Shown here piece after piece: positions 38,223 through 48,825 of a stretch of 64,000 nt of DNA. This DNA is from an uncultured virus (IMG/VR IMGVR_UViG_3300020036_002912) (taxonomy: Duplodnaviria > Heunggongvirae > Uroviricota > Caudoviricetes), in the IMG/VR virus record IMGVR_UViG_3300020036_002912; one strand, 5' to 3'. Below the pieces are notes generated by a model that had not been told where the DNA came from, ran no database searches, and saw only the letters and a list, made by a program, of their open reading frames with translations. Both the position numbers and the translations under genes were made by a program. Each line of letters begins with the position of its first letter. The stretch's first letter is position 1.

Positions 38223-39815
38223 ATGAGACCAAACAAACAGTCAGTACTGTTAAAGACATCGGCGGCGACTGATGTACAGTGCAGTGGTGGAGTAGTATCT
38301 ATCACAGGCTTAAAGAAGATCTCTAAGAAAAACATCTTAGACATCAAGCAAGTGAAATATCGTGCTGAAGTAGCGCAGGTAATTCGCGTAGGAACAAGTT
38401 CATATACACCGTCTTTAGACACAGTGTATGAAGTAAAAATCGGTGACGTAAACCGTACACAATCAGGTTATGAAGAGACTTTAAAATCTTATTCATTCCG
38501 CACGCCAACTACATGGGGAGCATCTTACACAACTGATGCTTTACGTAGAGAGTACATCCACGGAGAATTAGTATCTCGTATTAACGCTGACGCTTCTAAT
38601 AAAGTAGTGGCTCTTTCGTTAGGTACAGGTACAGGTTTTTCTGTAACTGATGATGCTTCTTACTACCCTGTATTTAGCCAAGGTATGTCAAACACTAAGT
38701 TTGTATCTACCGTAATTCCTTGTACTCAACCTGACGGATCAGGATTTGCTGACACTGATTATTCAGTTTATACAGCAGGTGTATTGAAATCGGGTGTTGG
38801 TGCTTACTTAGCTGCTATGGCTCCAGTATTGGATTATGCTAATGGCGGTAACTTAGTAAGTGGTGTTATTGACACACCTCCAACTGCGGTTGACGGTACT
38901 TATGCAACAAGTGGACAAAACTACGATTGCTTTGCGATCACTGGTCTTGAATCACAACCTGCATGGGGTGGTATGAACCAAATTGGTTATGTAATGTGTT
39001 GGAAAGAAATCTGGGTTGACAATGGCACAGGTTCTTCTACAACTAACTTAACTGGGTTTAAAGCATTCGAGCGCTCTATGTTAGAATTAATCTTCGGATT
39101 ATATGACAAAGATGCTAATGCGATCATTTCAATGGGTAATACTGCTGCTGTATCTCAGGGATTAAATACTGGTTTACCTTCAGGTGTTGCTCAAGCAGAA
39201 AACGTAATTGTTTTCGGTAACGGTCACGCGGCTCACTACTCTCCGATTGCTACATCTACATTAGTTGCTTTAGCGTCTACAAATGACGGTATCGGATTAG
39301 TATTAGATGCTACTGCTTCTGAGGGTGTTGAATTATCGGCTCCAACTTGGGCAAATAGCTTAAAAGAATTTGTAGTTGGCAAAACTCCATTTTCTGTTTA
39401 TGGTAAAATCAAAATCGATGACGTGTCTGGTTTAGATCCGTTATGGTTTGGATTCCGTAAAAAAGCAGCTTATGGTGCTACTTGGGCATCTTATACTGAT
39501 TATGCTGCAATTGGTTTAGGTAATGCTACCGGCGACATTTACACTACTATTGAGTTAAACGCAGGTGGTAATACAAACACTGATACAACATTAAATTGGG
39601 CTGATGGTGAAACTCACACATTAGAAGTTCGTGTTACTCAGGCGGGTGTAGTTACTTTCTACGTAGATGCAGCACAAGTAAATAGCGCAACAAGCTTTAC
39701 CTTTGATTCTGGTGATTCTATTATCCCTACAATTTACGGCTTACAAACCGCGGATATTGGAACTCCATTCTTATTAGAGTGGGCTGTAGTTGCATCAAAC
39801 ACTTGGAGACAATAA
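38223..39815 (+). CDS. Structural protein (auxiliary capsid-like) with probable C-terminal beta-sandwich/lectin domain
   Basis: High-expression codon usage; HTLEVRVTQAGVVTFYVD. Confidence 0.6.
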   Translation: MRPNKQSVLLKTSAATDVQCSGGVVSITGLKKISKKNILDIKQVKYRAEVAQVIRVGTSSYTPSLDTVYEVKIGDVNRTQSGYEETLKSYSFRTPTTWGASYTTDALRREYIHGELVSRINADASNKVVALSLGTGTGFSVTDDASYYPVFSQGMSNTKFVSTVIPCTQPDGSGFADTDYSVYTAGVLKSGVGAYLAAMAPVLDYANGGNLVSGVIDTPPTAVDGTYATSGQNYDCFAITGLESQPAWGGMNQIGYVMCWKEIWVDNGTGSSTTNLTGFKAFERSMLELIFGLYDKDANAIISMGNTAAVSQGLNTGLPSGVAQAENVIVFGNGHAAHYSPIATSTLVALASTNDGIGLVLDATASEGVELSAPTWANSLKEFVVGKTPFSVYGKIKIDDVSGLDPLWFGFRKKAAYGATWASYTDYAAIGLGNATGDIYTTIELNAGGNTNTDTTLNWADGETHTLEVRVTQAGVVTFYVDAAQVNSATSFTFDSGDSIIPTIYGLQTADIGTPFLLEWAVVASNTWRQ

Positions 39816-39840
39816 TCAATTCAATTAATTAACCTTAAAT

Positions 39841-39871
39841 AGGGGCAGGTAAAAAAGCCTGTCCCTTTTTT
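39841..39871 (+). terminator. Rho-independent terminator
   Basis: GGGGCAGG...CCTGTCCC followed by a T run. Confidence 0.7.
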
Positions 39872-39888
39872 ATAAAAACACATTTACA

Positions 39889-40485
39889 ATGGGATTAAAT
39901 AAAAACGGTAATGGCGAATGGGAATTGATCCCAAACGGCAAACTAAGAGGGGTAGTTCCTTCAACAAATTCGGATTCTGCCGCTACTTATGGGCAGGTGT
40001 TTGAAAACAGTAACACAACAGCGGGTAACAATACCCACACTGGAACAGAAACGTTCTCAAATGCTACTGGTGTTACTACTGATACAATTACAGAAAGAAC
40101 GGCTGCTGCTGGTGTAACTATCGACAGCTTAAAGGTAAAAGACGGTGGTGCTAGTAACACTGCCGGAACTGCTTTTGCAGGATTCTTTTATACTGCAGCT
40201 CAAAACAACATTACTGCAGGAACTGGCGGAGCTATTTCGGTGGCTAACTACCTAACAACAATCAATACTGATGCTGGTGGTGATGCTTTCACTATCGCTG
40301 CAGGTGGCCAGATCGGACAATTAAAGAAAGTATTGTTAGTTGCTGATGGTGGCGGAGATGCTACTATCACATTAACAGGTTACACTTCTATTGTTATGAA
40401 TGACGCTGCAGATTACGTAGTATTGATTTGGGGAGGAGCTGCATGGTTCGTTCTTGAAAATTCAGGATGTACAGTTAACGCTTAA
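39889..40485 (+). CDS. Fibre/decoration protein
   Basis: Gly/Thr/Ala-rich; KLRGVVP...D motif shared with the next ORF. Confidence 0.6.
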   Translation: MGLNKNGNGEWELIPNGKLRGVVPSTNSDSAATYGQVFENSNTTAGNNTHTGTETFSNATGVTTDTITERTAAAGVTIDSLKVKDGGASNTAGTAFAGFFYTAAQNNITAGTGGAISVANYLTTINTDAGGDAFTIAAGGQIGQLKKVLLVADGGGDATITLTGYTSIVMNDAADYVVLIWGGAAWFVLENSGCTVNA

Positions 40486-40495
40486 TAACTAGATT

Positions 40496-40903
40496 ATGTT
40501 TAAGTTCATAGAAGGGGTAGCTACATTGCCAAAACTCTCAAAATTAAGGGGGGTATTGCCGGGTACAGATCCGACGGATGTTTTAACGGTTCAACAGTTT
40601 CCGTACACTAAATACGTGGCGCTAATGACTCAATCGGGTACTGATGCCCCAACAGTTGCTGTATTGGAGAATACCACTGGCCAGAACTTTACGTGGACGT
40701 ATGCTGGCGTTGGTCAATATTCGGCTAGCGGAGCATTTACGGTAGCTAAATCTGCGTTTTTTACAGGTGGTCCAAGTGGAGCAGCTCATTTATATGGGAC
40801 GTACACAACTACTGCTATAAACGTTAATACTTACGATGTTAATGGCGCTGCGGCAAACGACATCATGTCTAATGCTACAATAGAGCTAAGGTTATACAAA
40901 TAA
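40496..40903 (+). CDS. Fibre/decoration protein
   Basis: YTKYVALMTQSGTDAPT..VLENT..IELRLY. Confidence 0.6.
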   Translation: MFKFIEGVATLPKLSKLRGVLPGTDPTDVLTVQQFPYTKYVALMTQSGTDAPTVAVLENTTGQNFTWTYAGVGQYSASGAFTVAKSAFFTGGPSGAAHLYGTYTTTAINVNTYDVNGAAANDIMSNATIELRLYK

Positions 40904-40982
40904 TCTTGTTTAAAAACTATTTAAAAAGGGATATGTAATTATATCCCTTTTTTATTTATATTTGATACAAAATAATATCAAC

Positions 40983-41525
40983 ATGTCAAATTCCATATTA
41001 GAAAAAGTAAATAAATCGGTAAATAAATTAACTCCTGGTGCAGTTGAGTTTTCGTATTCATTTACAAGGCCATCAAACACAACTGCATACGCGGCAGAGG
41101 ACGTTGTAAATAATAGCACGTCAGCCCCTAGTATAATTACATTTTCCACAGTTGGAGGAGAGAATACCGAAGGAGGTAAGCAGTATTACGTTAAATCTTT
41201 AAGGGTGGCTACGAACAATGCTACAGTGACGTTTGGGTCTTTTAGGCTTTATTTAACCACAAATACTCAAACAGCTATAAATGATAATTCTCAACAAACA
41301 TTGCTTTACACTAATAAGGCGAATGTTGTGGGGTATATTGACTTTTCTTTAAGTACCGGCGGAACTGGATCTGATTCTGCGGAGGCTTATGTTACAGGAA
41401 TAGATATTCCAGTGACGTTAACTAATAATGTTTTATACGGGTATTTGGTTGCAAAAGCGGCGTATGTTCCTGCTAGCGATCAGCAATTTTATTTAAAATT
41501 AACGTTACAGACGTATAGTTCTTAA
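40983..41525 (+). CDS. Structural protein (FTRPSNTTAYAAEDVV family)
   Basis: Probable ATG at 40983 after TATATTTG. Confidence 0.6.
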   Translation: MSNSILEKVNKSVNKLTPGAVEFSYSFTRPSNTTAYAAEDVVNNSTSAPSIITFSTVGGENTEGGKQYYVKSLRVATNNATVTFGSFRLYLTTNTQTAINDNSQQTLLYTNKANVVGYIDFSLSTGGTGSDSAEAYVTGIDIPVTLTNNVLYGYLVAKAAYVPASDQQFYLKLTLQTYSS

Positions 41526-42919
41526 TGAAAAAAATAATAGATACTAATTTTTATAGGCCAAGTCCATCAAAGGCTAAAGTAACAGAGGATTCTGCAAGAA
41601 CCGCCAATGCTACTTATTCTTATACGGGAACGGTTAGAACGGTTGGTAGCGGTAAAACACACGCTACTTTAACGGCGGCTTATGCGGCTTGTTCAACTGG
41701 TGATATTATAGAGGTTTACGGGACTATTGATATTACAGCAGAAGCGGGAGGGTATTGGTTGATAAACACAGCTAAGAATGTTTTAGTTAGAGGCTCAACT
41801 TCTAATGCAGCAGATACTGTTTTAAGTAAGGTTGGTGGGGCTTCTGGTTTCGGGGTTCGGATTCGTGTTAATTCGGGAATAGTATTTAAAGATTTAACTT
41901 TTTATACAGATCATAATGCTCCTTCTTTTTACAACGATGCTGACGAAGCGAACAGAAACATGATTTGCGATAATGTTAGGTTTATTCAAATTAACACAGG
42001 AGCTTCTGCTACGTGGATGTCATTATCTGGTACGGCACCAGCTCAGGTAAGGTATTTTGAATTTAAGAATTGTTATTTTGAAAGACTAGGTGCTGGGGCA
42101 TCAATACCTTTAAATGTTGTATTACCTAGCCCTAACAACACATTTCTATTTACAGGATGTACATTTAATGTTAGTGGGGCTACAATGAGGGTCCATCAAA
42201 CATTTGACGGTACATTTATAATGTATGATAATAGCTTTACACAAAGAAGTTCTGATATATGTGTTCAGTTTGGCTATGACACAACTATACCAACATCTAC
42301 AATTGGACTTGTTGATTATAGAGGAAATAAAATAACTTTTTTACCAGGATTTTCTCAGCATGGACTCCTTTTAGGAAGGGGGACAGATGATGTGTATTGT
42401 TATAACAATGAAATGTATATGCATTCTGTTAATGACGCTAACTCCATAGGCATTGTTGTTAAAACAACATCTTCTTCTGTTGGAAACTCTATTATAAAAG
42501 GGGATTTTTGTTATGCCCCTAGGCCATTTTATATTAAAGGAGGGTCTAATGTAATTGTATCGAATAATGTTTTTGTGTCAAACAATCCGTCATGGGAGGC
42601 ATTTGGATTTGCTAATCATAAAAACGGAGCAGACGAAGTGTTAAGTAGATATAATGTAATTACAAATAATGTATTTACATCTAAAGGACAATACCCGGTG
42701 TACTGTTACAATGACGGTACCGCTGAAACTACAGATGTGTCTTTTAAGACCTGCTCTTTAAGTAATAATTCGTATTATTCTTCTACAGGAAAATATCTTT
42801 ACGATGCAGTAAACTCAATTGGATATACATTTAGTAATGTTAGTTCTTTTTGGGGAAGCAGTGGTAATGAAATTCCTTTACATAAAATAAACGGAGTGTA
42901 TATTCCGAACTTCAGCTAA
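41525..42919 (+). CDS. Beta-helix (pectin-lyase-like) tail spike/depolymerase candidate
   Basis: TVGSGKTHATLTAA..GDIIEV cap, then Asn-rich coils (SNNVF, TNNVF, SNNSY). Confidence 0.65.
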   Translation: MKKIIDTNFYRPSPSKAKVTEDSARTANATYSYTGTVRTVGSGKTHATLTAAYAACSTGDIIEVYGTIDITAEAGGYWLINTAKNVLVRGSTSNAADTVLSKVGGASGFGVRIRVNSGIVFKDLTFYTDHNAPSFYNDADEANRNMICDNVRFIQINTGASATWMSLSGTAPAQVRYFEFKNCYFERLGAGASIPLNVVLPSPNNTFLFTGCTFNVSGATMRVHQTFDGTFIMYDNSFTQRSSDICVQFGYDTTIPTSTIGLVDYRGNKITFLPGFSQHGLLLGRGTDDVYCYNNEMYMHSVNDANSIGIVVKTTSSSVGNSIIKGDFCYAPRPFYIKGGSNVIVSNNVFVSNNPSWEAFGFANHKNGADEVLSRYNVITNNVFTSKGQYPVYCYNDGTAETTDVSFKTCSLSNNSYYSSTGKYLYDAVNSIGYTFSNVSSFWGSSGNEIPLHKINGVYIPNFS

Positions 42920-43548
42920 TGGCAGAAACTCCCTATACACAAGTCCCAGCGACGAATTCAATATCGTTATTAACCTTATTGAAGGTAATTAACAGCCCTG
43001 ATAATAAGGAGTTCTTTACTAGGTTTGCGAATGTTATAAACTTAGTTGAAACTGAAGCTAACTTAGCGTCGCCTGAATTAGTAATTTCATTAATTTTGAG
43101 TATGTCAAAAGGAGAACTGGTTCAGGAGTACACATTTGATGCTTCTGCCAAAACAATAACATTTACAGCGTTTAGCGAAATTGATATTCGCCGGGTGCTT
43201 CTTGTTACAAACCTTACAGACAATATCATAATTTATAACTTTTCGGACGACACAAAAGGAGGCACGGCAGCTACAAATGTTTTAACTATGGATTATAACA
43301 CAACATCCATGGACGATGCAGATGAGATACAGGTGCTTTATGACTATCCTAAATTACTTCAATTAATTGACGAGGCAAGTGCCACGATCACTTATATTGG
43401 TAAGGCACAAACAGGAACTGGAATAGGAGATGCTTTCTGGCAAATAGAGAGAATTGATACAGGTTCCGGAACGGCTATTGAATGGGCGGAAGGAACGGAT
43501 AAGTTCGATAAAGTTTGGGATGATAGAGCTGCTTATACTTATAGTTAA
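42919..43548 (+). CDS. Structural protein
   Basis: YTFDASAKTITF..LLVTN module plus YIGKA..WQIERI..WDDRA module. Confidence 0.6.
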   Translation: MAETPYTQVPATNSISLLTLLKVINSPDNKEFFTRFANVINLVETEANLASPELVISLILSMSKGELVQEYTFDASAKTITFTAFSEIDIRRVLLVTNLTDNIIIYNFSDDTKGGTAATNVLTMDYNTTSMDDADEIQVLYDYPKLLQLIDEASATITYIGKAQTGTGIGDAFWQIERIDTGSGTAIEWAEGTDKFDKVWDDRAAYTYS

Positions 43549-43569
43549 TAATTTTAAAAACAAAATAAA

Positions 43570-44013
43570 ATGTCAAAATCAAACTCATTCGAGAATAGTC
43601 TTTTACAGTTGTTGTTTAACAATGTAGACATAGCAAATATAGGCGATGCTGGTGGAATTCAGAATTCTGCAACCGCCGGATCTTTGTATTTAGCGCTTCA
43701 TACAGGTGATCCAGGAGAGGCTGGCGACCAAACAACTAACGAATGTGCCTATGGGTCATACGATAGAGTTGCGGTTGCGCGTACCGTTGGCGGATGGACC
43801 GTGGCTACAAATACAGCTACTAATGCTGCATTGGCTCAGTTCCCTGAATGTACATCTGGATCAGAAACCATTACTTATGTAAGCATTGGAACGTCTTCTT
43901 ATCCGACTGCAGGAGTGATTCTTTACAGTGGTGCTTTAACAGCATCTCGTTCAGTATCTAGCGGTATTCAGCCACAATTTGCAGCTTCAGCGCTTGTAGT
44001 TACCGAAGATTAA
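43570..44013 (+). CDS. Tail fibre-associated protein
   Basis: LYLALHTGDPGEAG...YDRVAV pattern. Confidence 0.65.
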   Translation: MSKSNSFENSLLQLLFNNVDIANIGDAGGIQNSATAGSLYLALHTGDPGEAGDQTTNECAYGSYDRVAVARTVGGWTVATNTATNAALAQFPECTSGSETITYVSIGTSSYPTAGVILYSGALTASRSVSSGIQPQFAASALVVTED

Positions 44014-44033
44014 TTTTAATCAGAAACAGTATT

Positions 44034-44210
44034 ATGTATAAATGTAGTGTTTGTGGAAAAAGTGTTTTGGTAAAAGATTTACCTGAGCCAATACGCGCGT
44101 GTAATTGCACACAAGAAAAAATAGTTAACGGAGAGAAAGTGGTAGCTCCTTCTTCAATAATTGTAGACATGGAAGGTACGGCATACGGAAGAAGTCAATT
44201 TAAAAATTAA
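44034..44210 (+). CDS. 58-aa Zn-ribbon-like protein (not in ORF track)
   Basis: MYKCSVCGK...RACNC; TAATG coupled to the next gene. Confidence 0.6.
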   Translation: MYKCSVCGKSVLVKDLPEPIRACNCTQEKIVNGEKVVAPSSIIVDMEGTAYGRSQFKN

Positions 44211-45073
44211 TGGCAGGATTAAAAACCATAGGAGAAGTAGTGGACTGTGAACTAAACGGCAGGGTAAGAAATTACATTTGGCGCAAAACACCGTCTCAAG
44301 CTACCACTATTGGATTATGGTTTGATTTATCTATGAGTCCAGGAATGCCGGTTCCTAAATACTGGTTTGATGCCACTCCATTAACAGCAAGATCAATTAC
44401 TCAAAGTGTAGACGGAGGGTTTTATCATGGTCCTAATGTGACCGGAGAGAAGTATTTACGGTCTATAACAACGATGGCAAACGCGTCAACCGCTTTGCCA
44501 ATGAATGCTATTCTTTGTGATTATTTATTGTATTATCCTACTACAGATGACGGGACTACTGATGTGCAGACAATGGACAATTCAGTTACCCTTCCAAGAT
44601 ACACTGACGGTAAAGGCGTTCAAATATTAGCGTTAACTGTTGGAGCAAGAACTGGAGGGCAGTCATTTACCATTAACTATACTAATTCTGATGGTGTTGC
44701 AGGAAGGGTTACTCAGGCGGTTACGCAAAATACATCTACTGTGTTAGGAAGCGTAACAGGAAGCAATCGAGCGGTAATAAATGCGTCAAACCCATTTATA
44801 GGTCTTCAGGCAGGAGATAGCGGCGTTAGAAGCATTGAAAGTGTAACAATGAATGGCGTAGATGTTGGTTTAATGAGTTTGATATTAGTTAAGCCACTTA
44901 TTCAGACGTGTTTTAGGGAGATCACAGTGCCTTATGAGAAAGATTTTTTAATACCAACAACTGATTTAATAAGAATTTATAACGATGCTTTTCTTAATTT
45001 TGTATGCTTGCCACAAGGAAGCTTGGCGGCAACTGTATTAAGAGGAGATTTAAAAGTAATATGGACAGAATAA
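44210..45073 (+). CDS. Structural protein, paralog of next ORF
   Basis: LPRYTDGKGVQ, YTNSDG, LQAGDSGV. Confidence 0.65.
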   Translation: MAGLKTIGEVVDCELNGRVRNYIWRKTPSQATTIGLWFDLSMSPGMPVPKYWFDATPLTARSITQSVDGGFYHGPNVTGEKYLRSITTMANASTALPMNAILCDYLLYYPTTDDGTTDVQTMDNSVTLPRYTDGKGVQILALTVGARTGGQSFTINYTNSDGVAGRVTQAVTQNTSTVLGSVTGSNRAVINASNPFIGLQAGDSGVRSIESVTMNGVDVGLMSLILVKPLIQTCFREITVPYEKDFLIPTTDLIRIYNDAFLNFVCLPQGSLAATVLRGDLKVIWTE

Positions 45074-45088
45074 TTAAAAACAAATAAT

Positions 45089-46267
45089 ATGGCTGGATTT
45101 AGCTCAAACGATCAAATTATACAAGCTCTAAGTTTAGGGCAATCATGGAACGCTCCATTTGGTAAAAACATGCAGCCAACCACGGTTTGTGTAGCAAACG
45201 AATGGCACATGTTAGCAAGAGGGGCTGGTAATCCGCCTGCGGATGCTCTCTTTGATTCAGGAGCCAACTTAACATTTATTCCGGTAGAAGACGATACTGC
45301 TTCGGCGGGTACGCTTCAGCATGGCGGAGATGTGCAGGCTAGCGGGTATAATAAATATTTATTAAGTGGACACGCCGTAACTGCTGCTGCTACTATGGCT
45401 CCTGGAACATTAGCTATATTAGATGTAATAGGTTACTATCGTGTAACTACCGTGACAACAGCTACAGCACAAGCAACCACTAATACTATCTCAACAAGGA
45501 CAGCAACATTTACAGCGGACGACACTACGGATATAATGACGTATACATCTACAACGTCTTTGCCTAGTAACCTGCTTACAGGGACAAGGGTTAGAGTGTC
45601 TACAACCACAACGCTTCCTGCTCCTTTAGTTGCTGCTACGGATTATTATTTAATTCGTGTTGATAATAGTACTTATAAATTAGCTACATCTTATGCAAAT
45701 GCTATAGCTGGAACTCAAATAGATATTACAACAACAGGAACAGGAACACATACTTTAAATTGGCTATTACCGCGTTATACAAATGGAGCCGGTGTACAGG
45801 CAGTGATTTTTAACCCTTCCGCAACTCCATTAGGAGCCGCTACCCCTAACATGTCTTTGGGTTATACAAACTCAGCACAAACAACATCAAGAGCTACGCC
45901 TACAGTGCTGCCTATTGGAAAAACAGCATGTCCTAATAGCCAAATAGTTTACACGGGTGCTACAGGTACAGGTAAATACAATTACATGATGCCGTTGCAG
46001 TCAGGTGATGCAGGGATTGCTGAAATAAACACTATTCAAAACTCTGTATCTTACGTATCAGGATCTTATACTGTTGCATTAGTAAAAGAGTTAGGGAGAT
46101 TCCCTATTTCAACTTTAGGTTTGGCGAGTGAGAGAAATTTTTTATTTGAATATCCTTCTATGCCTCGTATTTATGACGGTGCAGCAATTTATTTTGCTTG
46201 GGGATCAGGTGCAGCTACTCCAGTATCAAGCGCAGTATCAGGACAATTAAATTTTGTTTGGGGATAA
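45089..46267 (+). CDS. Structural protein with inserted LVAATDYYLI...KLATS module
   Basis: LPRYTNGAGVQ, YTNS, LQSGDAGI. Confidence 0.65.
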   Translation: MAGFSSNDQIIQALSLGQSWNAPFGKNMQPTTVCVANEWHMLARGAGNPPADALFDSGANLTFIPVEDDTASAGTLQHGGDVQASGYNKYLLSGHAVTAAATMAPGTLAILDVIGYYRVTTVTTATAQATTNTISTRTATFTADDTTDIMTYTSTTSLPSNLLTGTRVRVSTTTTLPAPLVAATDYYLIRVDNSTYKLATSYANAIAGTQIDITTTGTGTHTLNWLLPRYTNGAGVQAVIFNPSATPLGAATPNMSLGYTNSAQTTSRATPTVLPIGKTACPNSQIVYTGATGTGKYNYMMPLQSGDAGIAEINTIQNSVSYVSGSYTVALVKELGRFPISTLGLASERNFLFEYPSMPRIYDGAAIYFAWGSGAATPVSSAVSGQLNFVWG

Positions 46268-46268
46268 A

Positions 46269-47057
46269 ATGTTAATCTGTAATTACTCATATATAAATCA
46301 GATTTGTGGGCATAACCATTCTGGTATAACGAATCCAGTATGGGTAATAGCCCCTCATACGATGCGGGGCTATTACGGCAAAGCTCAGTATGAGGCTATT
46401 CAGGATCAAATAAAGAGAGATGGTTTTTCGACAGGAACCAATATACCATATTCAATAGTAATGGGAGATAAAGGGGCTTTGTTAAGTGCCACAACGCTTC
46501 TTAACGGGTCTAGTTCATCTACGTCTGGATTGTCTATGGGGAAAGCATGTTCAGCTTCTTTAACAGGAAGCGGGGAAATAACAAGCGCTCAATTATCATT
46601 AATTGTTTCTTTAGCCGCAAGCCTGTCTGGAAGTGGCACAATAACTACAGCTAACCTGGTTGGAGTTGTTTCTTTAGCGGCTAGTTTATCTGGTACAGGA
46701 AGTTTAGCAGCGGGACTTAATGTAGTTGCTTTTATGAATTCTACGTTGGCGGGAACGAGTTCTATTAGCGCTGAATTGAAAGGTACATTATCTATGTCTG
46801 CTTCTATATATGTTAACCAATCAGAAGCCACCGTTCAGCAGATCGTAGATGGTGTATGGAATGGTTTAGCTACAGCTTATAACAATTCAGGAACGATGGG
46901 CGAGTTGTTAAACAACACTGGCGGAGGGGCAAGTCCGGCCACGATCGCGGATGCTGTATGGGACGAGGTATTATCGGCACATAATATATCCGGAAGCACC
47001 GGAGAAAAGTTGTCAAAACTTTTGGAAAAAATACAGTTTTTATATTTAAAAGATTAA
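46269..47057 (+). CDS. Structural protein with ASLSGxG repeats
   Basis: Ser/Gly repeats; IADAVWDE. Confidence 0.6.
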   Translation: MLICNYSYINQICGHNHSGITNPVWVIAPHTMRGYYGKAQYEAIQDQIKRDGFSTGTNIPYSIVMGDKGALLSATTLLNGSSSSTSGLSMGKACSASLTGSGEITSAQLSLIVSLAASLSGSGTITTANLVGVVSLAASLSGTGSLAAGLNVVAFMNSTLAGTSSISAELKGTLSMSASIYVNQSEATVQQIVDGVWNGLATAYNNSGTMGELLNNTGGGASPATIADAVWDEVLSAHNISGSTGEKLSKLLEKIQFLYLKD

Positions 47058-47082
47058 CTATATTAGCACAAACAAATGACTT

Positions 47083-47355
47083 ATGCCGCAAGAACAAGTA
47101 CTTACACCCACAGAAATTAAATTTGTCCTATGGGCATTAGCCGGTTTAATAGCGTTGTTAATAGCTGTATTTGCTTTCTTGGGGAAGTTGATTGTAGGGT
47201 ATTTAAAGAGCATGGCAGTTTCTATGACTAACATGGAAAAAGAATTGAGTGTGTTAGCAAACGATCACACTAATTTAAAAGATGACCACAAGGAGCTTAA
47301 AGTTCGAGTTGGATCATTAGAACAAAAATTCAAATATAACGGGAGCAGCCAATAA
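47083..47355 (+). CDS. Membrane protein, holin/antiholin-like
   Basis: One TM helix plus coiled coil; precedes the endolysin. Confidence 0.55.
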   Translation: MPQEQVLTPTEIKFVLWALAGLIALLIAVFAFLGKLIVGYLKSMAVSMTNMEKELSVLANDHTNLKDDHKELKVRVGSLEQKFKYNGSSQ

Positions 47356-47822
47356 TGAATAAGATTATTGAAATAGCCAAAGCCGAAATTGGCACAAAAG
47401 AATCACCTCCAGGATCAAACAAGGTGAAATACAACACTTGGATTTATGGAAAAGAAGTAAGTGGGCCTGAATACCCTTGGTGTTTGGCGTTTTGCTCATG
47501 GGTTTATGATACTGCAGGAATGCGCATCAAAGGCATGGGATTGCTTAGAGGTGGAGTTGGGTGCCCTTATGCGGTAGCCAATGTTAAGAAGTGGGGGAAA
47601 ATAGTAACTATTCCAGAAGCTGGCGATCTTGCTTTTTACGATTGGCAAGGTGACGGTAAATTTGACCATGTAGGCATTTTTAGTGAAGATATTGGACAAG
47701 GTTACTTCTGGGCCATTGAAGGGAATACATCGGCTACAAACGCGTCGGACGGAGGGGAAGTTGGGTTAATGAGACGTAAGTATAAAAATGCAATATTTAT
47801 AAGACCAAACGTAAAAATATGA
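47355..47822 (+). CDS. CHAP-domain endolysin
   Basis: PWCLAFCSW, DHVGI, AIEGNT. Confidence 0.9.
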   Translation: MNKIIEIAKAEIGTKESPPGSNKVKYNTWIYGKEVSGPEYPWCLAFCSWVYDTAGMRIKGMGLLRGGVGCPYAVANVKKWGKIVTIPEAGDLAFYDWQGDGKFDHVGIFSEDIGQGYFWAIEGNTSATNASDGGEVGLMRRKYKNAIFIRPNVKI

Positions 47823-48049
47823 TTAGCAATTACTACAAACCAACTCCAAAGAAATGGAGAATTATAGGAGATACATTTTTAGCAATATCGACTGCTGTTA
47901 CCGGTGGTGGTTTGTTAGCTTTTGACCAAATGAAAGATGTGTTCGGAGAGAGTACTCTAAAATGGATAATTGGAGGAGCTTTTATCATAGGTGTTTTAGG
48001 AAAGTTTTTAACAAACCTATTTAAAGAGCGTAATGAAGAAGCTAAGTAA
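47819..48049 (+). CDS. Holin-like protein
   Basis: PTPKKWRIIGD plus two TM helices. Confidence 0.65.
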   Translation: MISNYYKPTPKKWRIIGDTFLAISTAVTGGGLLAFDQMKDVFGESTLKWIIGGAFIIGVLGKFLTNLFKERNEEAK

Positions 48050-48398
48050 AAGAGATTGGGCAATACTAATTGTTTTAGTAATTTGCTTATTACCGGTTGG
48101 GATCGCTATTGGGCGGTTGACAAAAGAAACACCTGTAGTTGAAACACCGCCATTCAACACGAATGTAGCTGATTTCAGCAGAGATAGTCTTATTAAGCTA
48201 AAGGAAGCTTCTGATAAGGAGATCGCAAGACTACATAAAGAAAATGACTCATTAAAAGGATTAAAAGCAATTAACCATATAAATGTAAACCACCATGCTG
48301 GCAAAATTAAAATATTCACTCCTAATTCTCGTCGCCGTTGGGCAGATTCAGTGTTTCGGGCAGAAGGGATCAGACACCACAATATGTCTTTACAATAA
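48033..48398 (+). CDS. Inner-membrane spanin-like protein
   Basis: N-terminal TM and coiled coil; in lysis cluster. Confidence 0.45.
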   Translation: MKKLSKRDWAILIVLVICLLPVGIAIGRLTKETPVVETPPFNTNVADFSRDSLIKLKEASDKEIARLHKENDSLKGLKAINHINVNHHAGKIKIFTPNSRRRWADSVFRAEGIRHHNMSLQ

Positions 48399-48705
48399 TG
48401 AATTTGACTTTCTGGCGGATGCTTATGTAAGATTTAAGTACTTACAGGTAGATACTTTCTTAAACAACATGGAAATATCTAACCTTAATCTTATTATAAA
48501 AGAGCAATCTCAAAAGGCGTACTTAGATTCTTCTATCATTGTTAACCGGCAAACAGCCCTTAATGGGTGCAAGGAATCCTACGATAAGCTGGCTATAAGA
48601 CATGATAAGCAGGTTAAAAAGAACGGCAGGCTTAAAAAGATATTAACAACATCCGTGGCTGTTAATGCTGTGTTAATAATTATTTTAGTAATAGCCATAC
48701 TGTAA
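48295..48705 (+). CDS. Overlapping secreted/membrane protein, spanin-like
   Basis: Signal-like N-terminus, C-terminal TM; overlaps the previous ORF by ~100 nt. Confidence 0.45.
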   Translation: MLAKLKYSLLILVAVGQIQCFGQKGSDTTICLYNNEFDFLADAYVRFKYLQVDTFLNNMEISNLNLIIKEQSQKAYLDSSIIVNRQTALNGCKESYDKLAIRHDKQVKKNGRLKKILTTSVAVNAVLIIILVIAIL

Positions 48706-48825
48706 CGTATATTTGAGTGTCCGTTTTCCATGATGGATATTTTTCATACTTTTATTTTTTTACTTCAAGAAACCCTGTCTAAAAAACGGGGTTTTTTGTT
48801 TGCTGTTTATTTGTATATTTGAACT

